A stretch of DNA of 64,000 bases from an uncultured bacterium (GTDB lineage: Bacteria > Acidobacteriota > Thermoanaerobaculia > Multivoradales > JAHZIX01): positions 160,001 to 224,000 of the forward strand of contig CBDUPA010000003.1 in the NCBI GenBank assembly GCA_965368975.1, in the 5' to 3' direction. Made by a program: the position numbers and the translations under genes. Position 1 is the stretch's first letter. The number at the start of each line of letters is the position of its first letter. Shown piece by piece: positions 39,701 to 49,623 of this stretch. Under the pieces are notes generated by a model that saw nothing but the letters and a program-made list of their open reading frames with translations, was not told where the DNA came from and searched no databases.

Positions 39701-41819
39701 CGAGGCTGGCGACCGATCCGGTTCCTGGAGAGACGGGAACGGCGCGCAAGGGATCACATCCATCGCGAGTGGGCCGCCCAGCGTTGTCATAGTGCGGGCA
39801 CACCTCGCCCCCGAGGACCTGGTTCTCATGTGTCGCCGGCGCCTTGGTGTACAGGTGGTACGTCCGGTTCGGTGCGACTGTCATCCGGAACGAACCATCG
39901 AGGCCGGTGAAGCTCGTGTATCCCTGGTCGTTCACCGGGTCGTAAGCGCGCACTTCGACACTATGGATCGGGGCGCCGGAGTTACGGTCAGAGATGGTGC
40001 CAGTCAGGGTCGGCTGGCTACCGGCAGCCAGGCCCAACTCGAAGTCGATCACCACGTCGTCGGCCTGGTGCAGGTCGACGACCCGGGCCTGCGTGAAGTC
40101 GCAGTTCGAGCCGCAAGCGAGGTCCTCGTAGATCTCCGTGACGTAGCGGGTCGCGCTCGCTTCGACGAAGTAGGCCACGGGGTCGAGGTCATGGAAGGCG
40201 TAGCTGCCGTCCTCGGCGGAACGGACCGCCCTGGGCGAGAGCAGGAGATCGCCGCGGTAAGCGCGCACGATTGCATCCTCGAGCGGGGTTCCGTCCTCGC
40301 GGGTCACGGTGCCGCGCAGGGTCGGGCCGCCGGGTGCCTGGAAATCGATGCCGGAGGTGGTCTGTCCCAGAGAGACCGCTACCGGGGTACCGTCCGTGGG
40401 CGAGCAGGAGAGGCCGCAGGGGATGGCATCGTAGATCACGCTGTCGATGGGATTGCGCGGGAAGGCCTGGAAGAAGAGGTCGCCGGCGGGAAGCCCGCCG
40501 AGGGTGTAGTAGCCGTGAACGTTGGAGACGGTCCAGCCTAGAGGCCGCCCGCTTGCATCGTAGGCGTGGATCCGGGCCGTTACGCCCCGGCCATCGACTT
40601 GGTGCACCCTGCCGGAGACGCTGCCGCCCCTAGAAAGCGCCATCTCGATGCCCTCGACGTGGTCTCCGCCACGTAATTCGATCTTGGTGCCTTCCGGCTC
40701 GTTGCACGCGATGTACGCGTCGTCGGGGCGTACGATGTCGTCGTAGACCTCGCCGACATAGCCGAGCCTCCGGCTATCGTAGGTGTGGACGTAGTAGCTG
40801 GCGGGGCCGATCAGATCTCTGAAAGGCCTGCCGAACCGGAACGTGCCGTCGTCGGCGGTCGTGGCCGTCTGCACGAGGAAACCACCCTCGCTCGAGCACA
40901 GCAAGGTCCCTACCCGTAGTGGCTGGCCACCGGGATCGCTGACGACGCGGCCGCTGATCGTCGGTGGGGCGCTGACGTGCAGCCGGTAGACGCCGTCGCC
41001 GACGTCGGGAGTGAAGCCCGAGAGCCGGACCCAGACCTCCTGACCGGGCCTCAGCCTGGTCATGGCAGCCCCCTGCAGGCCGTAGCTGTCGTCACTGCAC
41101 ACCAGTTCGTTGCTGGCCAGACCCGGGCAGCTGGTGTGTATCGAGACCGTCGTGTCGAAGCTGGATCCGCTGCTGTCGAAGACGACGTAGTCATCTTCGA
41201 GGGCGGTGTAGCGGAACCAGGCGTCCGGGCTTTCGGGGGACCCCGTGCACGAACTCTGACCGTCGGCGCTGGCCTCGGCGAGTGTGCCCTGCACCACGGT
41301 GCCGAGGGACAGCAGTAGAGCGTCTTTGCAGGTGTCATTGGCCGGGGCCTGGGCCTTGTCGGGCTGAGCCGAAAGGCTCGTGGGGAGTGCTACGTCCGCC
41401 TGGGCGGTCGAACGCAGGAAGCGCAGGGACTCGACATCACCGGCGGTGCTCAGGCGGACGGCACGTTGGAGGTTCTCCCGCAGCAGGCGGACGCTATCCA
41501 GCTTGCGCTGCCAGGTGCGGTCGGTGCCCCGTCGTTGCAGGCCGGCGGTCGCTAGTGCCTCGAGGCGTGCGTCGAAGTCCCGCAAAGCAGCCTGCCACGC
41601 CTCGAGGCGCTGCTCCGTCGCCGTACCGTCTGTAGTCGCGTTGTTTCGAACCTCGGTCAGCTGCTGTTGGATCTCCGCGTCGAAGCGTTGCAACTGCTCG
41701 TAGAGATTCGACTCGTCCTGCTGAGGTTCGGCCGCGCTCAGTGTCGGCGAAATCAGTGTTGGCGAAACGAGAGTGGCGGTGAGCAGCACGACAAGAAGCA
41801 GAAAGCGGCGGTAGGGCAT
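36726..41819 (-). CDS. Array paralog 6 (long type, ~1697 aa; first in transcription order)
   Basis: Probable ATG 41819 (GGAG RBS), signal peptide, PANDTCKDA, 13 modules. Ends QRADFELRSVLEP. Confidence 0.85.
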   Translation of the reverse strand: MPYRRFLLLVVLLTATLVSPTLISPTLSAAEPQQDESNLYEQLQRFDAEIQQQLTEVRNNATTDGTATEQRLEAWQAALRDFDARLEALATAGLQRRGTDRTWQRKLDSVRLLRENLQRAVRLSTAGDVESLRFLRSTAQADVALPTSLSAQPDKAQAPANDTCKDALLLSLGTVVQGTLAEASADGQSSCTGSPESPDAWFRYTALEDDYVVFDSSGSSFDTTVSIHTSCPGLASNELVCSDDSYGLQGAAMTRLRPGQEVWVRLSGFTPDVGDGVYRLHVSAPPTISGRVVSDPGGQPLRVGTLLCSSEGGFLVQTATTADDGTFRFGRPFRDLIGPASYYVHTYDSRRLGYVGEVYDDIVRPDDAYIACNEPEGTKIELRGGDHVEGIEMALSRGGSVSGRVHQVDGRGVTARIHAYDASGRPLGWTVSNVHGYYTLGGLPAGDLFFQAFPRNPIDSVIYDAIPCGLSCSPTDGTPVAVSLGQTTSGIDFQAPGGPTLRGTVTREDGTPLEDAIVRAYRGDLLLSPRAVRSAEDGSYAFHDLDPVAYFVEASATRYVTEIYEDLACGSNCDFTQARVVDLHQADDVVIDFELGLAAGSQPTLTGTISDRNSGAPIHSVEVRAYDPVNDQGYTSFTGLDGSFRMTVAPNRTYHLYTKAPATHENQVLGGEVCPHYDNAGRPTRDGCDPLRAVPVSPGTGSVASLDFQLRSLPRIQGRVTDIAGRPMENVSVVACNETDLDFCLTFPNGSAATDELGAYVLPVPPGDHFVLFFGPIHLHVYGAAPCPDEDGEPCSTAGAQQLHVETSDIDNIDIRALARGAVRGRVLDAAGRLVTQGEVWLWSVSEQRRLARALLNGSGAFSFSHLLAGDHEYQVFTETPNWQDQVYDGIACEGNCPGTGGTIFSFSGEAVVQDGVEFVLQQQPALSGRVLDAASGEPVDRAAVNLWDSTASLTNFSAFTGNDGRFLLEGVEPGTYFLTATANGFFGQVHGGDRCEGVDSCSVPAILRGDRLAIATGDTLTGLDLDLTPNSSITGRVSEALTDRGISTTIRIFAASGQIVDTVNASAFSNGEYRSRALPTGTYFVSAGSTSSAYEPTFYDGVGCPNGIGQPPCENPASVATPVTVQARETTTGIDFVLPPRASGIWGSVEAAGGQSLVGVRIDAWDAYTGAYAGHAFTQPGGSFSLSLPPSSYFVTTHNQLGLVDEVHRGVACPDGSALQGRCAPRLGTPVAALGRDFTSVNFILGQPRTSRTPTADGARPGSPRQQGASVEGTVRSRTGQPLAGIEVERGDERGSLIDTTVTDADGRYRFSGLDAGIYVFDARSPAGSTPYVEQSFDGVDCEPWCTGSIGFDQRRGTQVPVTADASIGGIDFRLLLGGRIAGRVFDAVTGNSIGSASVTLYSADGSWSRALAVDAQGHYETPALPPGLYKLTTYNKGHETQLFDNQPCPVDPDVPNRLSCNVFTGTQVRVRPGMTTRSVDFPLRPNGRIHGQIFDLETGQPLPWQFLRLERPGDAPIHVRSGRGGHFSFSGLTNGTYYLGSDVDRNLLASDYANVLHAGLVCRELCKFDKGSPIPIEVQSDVRIDLHLPHLPLRLFGSVRNAASGAPLAGIEVNVHDIAGAFAGTTTTLPDGSYRLDVPPGQYRVSTRNILGFLDQAYPGQECAGSCEPTAGTPLTLDFETGQRADFELRSVLEP

Positions 41820-41931
41820 GTGGCGCAACTCCGAGTGCAAGTATGAAGGGGCGTGGTTCCGTGGTTTCTTCTCGGCTCGAGATCTCGTTTATGGGACGGT
41901 CGTCCTCACGGAAATTCTCAATAAGAGGTTC

Positions 41932-41956
41932 GTAACGGCATGTTACAGTACGTGAC
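41932..41956. promoter_or_regulatory. Three GTNAC pentamers at exact 10-bp spacing (candidate transcription-factor site)
   Basis: GTAAC at 41932, GTTAC at 41942 and GTGAC at 41952, in the divergent promoter region. Confidence 0.4.
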
Positions 41957-42038
41957 AGTTCGCCTGGCCACCGCCGCGCGCCGCGATTCCTACCCCGGCT
42001 CCGCCACACCCCGACAACTCGCTGGAGACCTACTCGTT

Positions 42039-45413
<3,375 letters not shown>

Positions 45414-45486
45414 CGATCCCGGCCCCAGAGCAGAGCGTGCTCCGGTCCTTGCCGGGACTTCAATATGGGTGGTCTGAGACCGGCTC

Positions 45487-46398
45487 CTAAGTGCCCGGAC
45501 GGTACATCGGCGTGTCTGGCAACTCCGAACTCTGCCAACCCAGGGCCCGCGCCACTTCGCGCAACTTCATCTGCACCAGTCGCATGTTGCGTGGGCCCAT
45601 GCGCAGGAAGCTCTTCTGCGCCGGCGGTAGGCTCTCGAGCTGCGGGTCGAGGAACGAATAGGTCTGCACCTCGGGTCGCAGTTCGACCTCGCCTTCGAGG
45701 ATCGGCGTGCGCAGCAGGCGGCGCACGCTGCGGCGCAGGACGGACTCGAACTCACCTTCCGGATAGCCCAATTGCTGGTAGGCCTCGTCGGCCAGCGGGG
45801 CGAAGCGGCTGTAGAAGGTGACCAGATCGTCAGCGTCGAGACCGGCGACGGTTTCGGCCAGGTGGTCGAAACGGCGGTAGTTCTCGGCTGCCATGTAGAC
45901 CCGGCCTTCACTGCGTTCGACCTGGAAGGCGCTGCGCGGCGCCAGGAAGTTCAGGTGCTGGCGAGGGTTGCGCCCCTCGGCGATGTTGTCCAGCGCGGCG
46001 ACCCAGGTGCGGATGATCTCCGCGGTGCCGAGCAGCGGTCGGACGTCCTGGTCGAGCAAAGTCTCGGCTTGTTCTCGTACAGCATCGTCACTGGCATCGA
46101 GCGGTGGAGGCTCGAACGGTGGGGCGACTGGCTCGACGACGGTCGGAGCCGGTGGTGGGGTGGGCCGCGGATCGGTGGCCGAGTTGGGCCCTGTCGGGTC
46201 GCCGGGAGCCTGGCCGTCGCGGTCGAAGAAGAACAGCGCCGCTGCGATCAAGACGGCGACCACCGCAATGACGATCACCAGCTGGGCGCGGCGGTTGCGG
46301 CCGGGCAGCGGCGGCTGGGTGTTGGGTGGCGGACTCGACGAAGCTGGTGAACCGCCCGCGTCCGGGGTGTTCAGGGGTAGGTCGTTGAGTGAACTCAT
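45487..46398 (-). CDS. DUF3014-like single-pass membrane protein
   Basis: N-terminal TM helix, Pro-rich linker, then Y.RF..., AYQQLGYP and LESLPPAQK..LRMGP.N motifs. Overlaps the upstream gene by 4 nt. Confidence 0.75.
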   Translation of the reverse strand: MSSLNDLPLNTPDAGGSPASSSPPPNTQPPLPGRNRRAQLVIVIAVVAVLIAAALFFFDRDGQAPGDPTGPNSATDPRPTPPPAPTVVEPVAPPFEPPPLDASDDAVREQAETLLDQDVRPLLGTAEIIRTWVAALDNIAEGRNPRQHLNFLAPRSAFQVERSEGRVYMAAENYRRFDHLAETVAGLDADDLVTFYSRFAPLADEAYQQLGYPEGEFESVLRRSVRRLLRTPILEGEVELRPEVQTYSFLDPQLESLPPAQKSFLRMGPRNMRLVQMKLREVARALGWQSSELPDTPMYRPGT

Positions 46399-47804
46399 AC
46401 CGCACCTCCTGTCCGCGTTGCGGCAGCGGTCACAGCGCCGCCATCCGATGGTGGTTCGTCGAGCAAGGCTTCCAGCGTGCCTTCCAGCTCGGTGAGCAGA
46501 CGCGTGTAGTGCTCGCCGGTGCCGGGGCCGGAGAAGCCGCTGTGGATGCGCCGTACCCGACCGTCACGACCGACAAAGATAGTGGTGGGGAAGGCGACGA
46601 CGGCGGTCAGGTCGGGCAGGGTCTCGGCGGCGGCTTGCTTGTCGCTGGTGCCGGCCAGCAGCAACGGATAGTCGAGGTCGTAGCGATCGGCGAAGCGTCG
46701 CACCATCTCACGGTCCCGCTTCGGATCCCCGCGCAGTTCGTACGCCAGCCCGACAATCTCGAAGCCCCGGTCTTGGTATCGCTTGTGCCACGCGGCCAGT
46801 AGTGGCGCCTCATCGTTACAGTTCGGGCACCAGCTGCCGAAAATGTTGACCAGCACGACCTTGCCGTCGAAACGCGGATCGGAGAGTGAGACCGGCTGAT
46901 CGTCGAGGTCGGGGAACGTGAAGTCGAAGCGACCCTCGTCGTTGCGCAGACCGACCAGCTGCCAGGCGTCGGGCAGGTTCGCGGAAGCGGCCGCGTTGTT
47001 CTTGTCGTCACCGTTCGGCGGTTCGAGACGTTGAGCTGTCCAGGTGGCGTGGTAGCTGTCGCGCGACCAGAAGTCGCCCTGCAGGCTACCGTTCGCCTGC
47101 CGCCGTGCTTGAAAGAGGAAAGCGTGGGCACCGTCGAAGGTCGACAGGCGCAGCAGTCCACCGCGGTAGTCGCCTTCGAGGAAGCGGTAGTCGCCGGTGG
47201 GAGTCAGGAAGGTGCCGGTGACTACCGTGCCGTCTTGCTCGAACTCGCCGCGCGCCGGCTCGGTGCCGCTATCGTCGCTGAACTGGACGTGCCAGGTTCC
47301 CGCGATCGGTGTGGACTCGACGTCGTCCGTGGACGCCTCGTCGGCTGCACGGGTGCTGGCCGTCGTCTGTGCGGCTGGGCGGAAACGCTCCGTTGGGGGC
47401 GTGGCCCGCTCGGCAAGGAAGGGCAAGATGGAATTACCCTCGGGCACTGACTTGCGCCAGCGGCCTTCGAGTCGGGTACCTGACGTGTCGGCCGTGGCCT
47501 CGATCTCCGAGTCGTACCAGTCGAAGTGCAGCGTCAAGCGACCACCGTCGCCGGTGACGACACGGCTGGTGGGCACGCGTTCGTTGTCGTTGACCACGAC
47601 GGCTTGCAGGCCACCTTGATCGTCGCGCTCGATCTCGAGCAAGAAGGGCAGCTCGCCGCCGGGCGAGGCGAGGACGGCGCGCCAGACACCAGCGAACTCG
47701 AGGTGCTCGGTAGCGGGGGAGGCACAACCGGTCATCCAGAACGAGGTAAGAAGGAGAAAGCCGCTGATCAGGTCGGCTCGAAGAGACGTAGGCAAAGTCT
47801 TCAT
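46395..47804 (-). CDS. TlpA-family disulfide reductase lipoprotein
   Basis: Lipobox-like MTGC, and a C-terminal thioredoxin fold with GSWCPNC and AFPTT. Confidence 0.85.
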   Translation of the reverse strand: MKTLPTSLRADLISGFLLLTSFWMTGCASPATEHLEFAGVWRAVLASPGGELPFLLEIERDDQGGLQAVVVNDNERVPTSRVVTGDGGRLTLHFDWYDSEIEATADTSGTRLEGRWRKSVPEGNSILPFLAERATPPTERFRPAAQTTASTRAADEASTDDVESTPIAGTWHVQFSDDSGTEPARGEFEQDGTVVTGTFLTPTGDYRFLEGDYRGGLLRLSTFDGAHAFLFQARRQANGSLQGDFWSRDSYHATWTAQRLEPPNGDDKNNAAASANLPDAWQLVGLRNDEGRFDFTFPDLDDQPVSLSDPRFDGKVVLVNIFGSWCPNCNDEAPLLAAWHKRYQDRGFEIVGLAYELRGDPKRDREMVRRFADRYDLDYPLLLAGTSDKQAAAETLPDLTAVVAFPTTIFVGRDGRVRRIHSGFSGPGTGEHYTRLLTELEGTLEALLDEPPSDGGAVTAAATRTGGAV

Positions 47805-47808
47805 GTCT

Positions 47809-47836
47809 GCATCCTATACGCAGAGTATGACGAAGT
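47809..47836 (+). promoter_or_regulatory. Candidate autoregulatory ECF (SigK-type) promoter GCATCC-N16-CGAAGT
   Basis: Resembles the CATCC/CGAA elements of SigK-type promoters and lies ~60 nt upstream of the ECF gene. Confidence 0.5.
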
Positions 47837-47893
47837 GTTGAGTACCTGGCCAGACTGCCCAGAGCACGCGCCGGACCGGCGCCAGAGCCAAGG

Positions 47894-48559
47894 ATGAGAC
47901 TGATGATGAACGCTGAAATTGCTACCAAAACCTCCTTTGCGCCGCCTCGGCAGGACCGTTGTCACGGATCTGCCAAGGTGCTAAGCTTCCCGGTAGTGAC
48001 GACTGCCAAAAAACCCGAACCCCTTCTCCCGAAGATTGCCGCCGGCGATACACAGGCCGTCGACGAGTGTCTGGCCCGCTACAAGGGTTTGGTGTGGTGG
48101 CTGGCTCGCCAGTATGCACCCCTCGAAGCCGAAGACGCCGTGCAAGAGATCTTCATCGAGCTGTGGTCCAACGCGGACCGATACAAGCCGGAGCTGTCTT
48201 CGGAATCCGCCTTCATTTCGATGGTGGCGCGAAGACGGCTGATCGACCGACGGCGCAAGGCCGGGCGACGGCCGACGGAAGAGTCGCTGGAACCTGTGCT
48301 GTGGGACGAGTCGATGAGCACAGATTCGGATACCGTGGAGGCCGGAGCCGAAGTCGCTCTGGCCACGCGGGCCATTCGTCAGTTGCGGCCGCAGGAGCAG
48401 AAAGTCCTGTGGCTCAACCTGCACCAGGGTTTGACCCACACGGAGATCGCGGAGTCGCTGACCATGCCCCTCGGGACGGTCAAGACTTACATCCGCCGTG
48501 GGTTGATCCAGGTGCGCGAAATGCTCGAGCGAGCCAACCTGCAGGAGGCACAGCCATGA
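47894..48559 (+). CDS. ECF RNA polymerase sigma factor (SigK-like)
   Basis: Region 2 (AEDAVQEIFIELW..., RRRLIDRRRK) and region 4 (THTEIAESLTMPLGTVKTYIRRG). Exact start uncertain. Confidence 0.92.
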   Translation: MRLMMNAEIATKTSFAPPRQDRCHGSAKVLSFPVVTTAKKPEPLLPKIAAGDTQAVDECLARYKGLVWWLARQYAPLEAEDAVQEIFIELWSNADRYKPELSSESAFISMVARRRLIDRRRKAGRRPTEESLEPVLWDESMSTDSDTVEAGAEVALATRAIRQLRPQEQKVLWLNLHQGLTHTEIAESLTMPLGTVKTYIRRGLIQVREMLERANLQEAQP

Positions 48560-49521
48560 GCTGGACTCCCATGCCCCCGATGCCGGCCAACGAGCGCTTC
48601 CAAGAACTTCTGGTCGACCGTGCGACCGAAGGCCTGAGCGGCCAGCAAGAGGAGCAGATGTGCCGTCTGTTGCTGGACAACCCGGAGATCTCGGCTGGCA
48701 TGCTCGAACTGCCCGCCGCTGCGGCGCAGCTGGCGTTTGCCCAGATGCACGCCGCTAGTCGCGACAGCATCAGCGCCGCGCAGCTGCCGGAAGGTGTCGA
48801 GACTGGCCTGGCGAGTGCTGCGGAAGCCTTCAAGGCCACGCTGGCGGCGAGTTCTGGACAGGCGACCGGTGCTTCTGAACCTACAACTGCTGCCAGCAGT
48901 GTCCTGGCATTCGACCGAGGCCAGAGACAGCAGCGAGACCTCGAAAGCCCTGCGCCCTCCCTGGCGCGCAAGGCAGCGGCGGTGCCTGCGCCGACGCCCC
49001 GTGCCGTCAGTTGGAGCGGCTGGGCCGCTGCCGCCGCTGCGGCACTGGTAGCCGCAATCGGCTGGTGGCGTCCGCTGCCCGAGCCGGAAGTTCGCATCGT
49101 AGAGATGCACGTAGAGGTGCCTGCGCGAGGTCCAGAGCTGGCCGACGTTCGTGCCGCCGCGGACCTGATCGAGGTGCCCTGGACGGCGCTCGAAGATCCC
49201 GCGGTCGGAGAAGCGACCGGCGGTGAGGTGCTGTGGAGCAACCAGCTGCAGGCGGGTTTCATGATTTTCGACGGATTGGCTGCCAATGATCCGCAGCAGT
49301 TCCAGTACCAGTTGTGGATCTTTGACAGCAATCAGGATGAAGCCCATCCGATCGACGGCGGCGTCTTCGACGTCAACGCCGACGGTACGGCGACGGTGCC
49401 GATCGATGCCAAGCTCGATGTCACGCAGCCGACGCTTTTCGCCATCACGGTCGAGAAGCCGGGCGGTGTCGTAGTGTCGAGCCGAGAGCGACTGGCGCTG
49501 ATTGCGCCGGTCGCCAGCTGA
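48556..49521 (+). CDS. Anti-sigma factor, RskA-like
   Basis: ATGA overlap with the sigma stop codon, Ala-rich TM helix, C-terminal YQLW...FAITVEKPGG typical of RskA_C. Confidence 0.88.
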   Translation: MSWTPMPPMPANERFQELLVDRATEGLSGQQEEQMCRLLLDNPEISAGMLELPAAAAQLAFAQMHAASRDSISAAQLPEGVETGLASAAEAFKATLAASSGQATGASEPTTAASSVLAFDRGQRQQRDLESPAPSLARKAAAVPAPTPRAVSWSGWAAAAAAALVAAIGWWRPLPEPEVRIVEMHVEVPARGPELADVRAAADLIEVPWTALEDPAVGEATGGEVLWSNQLQAGFMIFDGLAANDPQQFQYQLWIFDSNQDEAHPIDGGVFDVNADGTATVPIDAKLDVTQPTLFAITVEKPGGVVVSSRERLALIAPVAS

Positions 49522-49526
49522 TCCAT

Positions 49527-49581
49527 CCCTCATCGACGAAAGGCCCGATGCGCGCAGCATCGGGCCTTTCGTCGATGAGGG
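49527..49581. terminator. 25-bp perfect inverted repeat between convergent genes (probable bidirectional terminator)
   Basis: CCCTCATCGACGAAAGGCCCGATGC-gcgca-GCATCGGGCCTTTCGTCGATGAGGG. Confidence 0.75.
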
Positions 49582-49623
49582 GGCTTTAAGGACGCAACGT
49601 CTTCCGTTGCACCGCAGCTTGTC

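Noticed and set aside
13741-41819. Diversity-generating retroelement or invertase shufflon as the source of array diversity
   Set aside because: No reverse transcriptase or recombinase in the window. I saw no adenine-specific TR/VR pair or inverted cassette; differences between paralogs look like ordinary divergence.
47959-48555. 520-aa anti-sigma ORF start in the ORF track
   Set aside because: It overlaps the sigma gene almost entirely. The ATG at 48556 with a GGAGG RBS and ATGA coupling is far more plausible.
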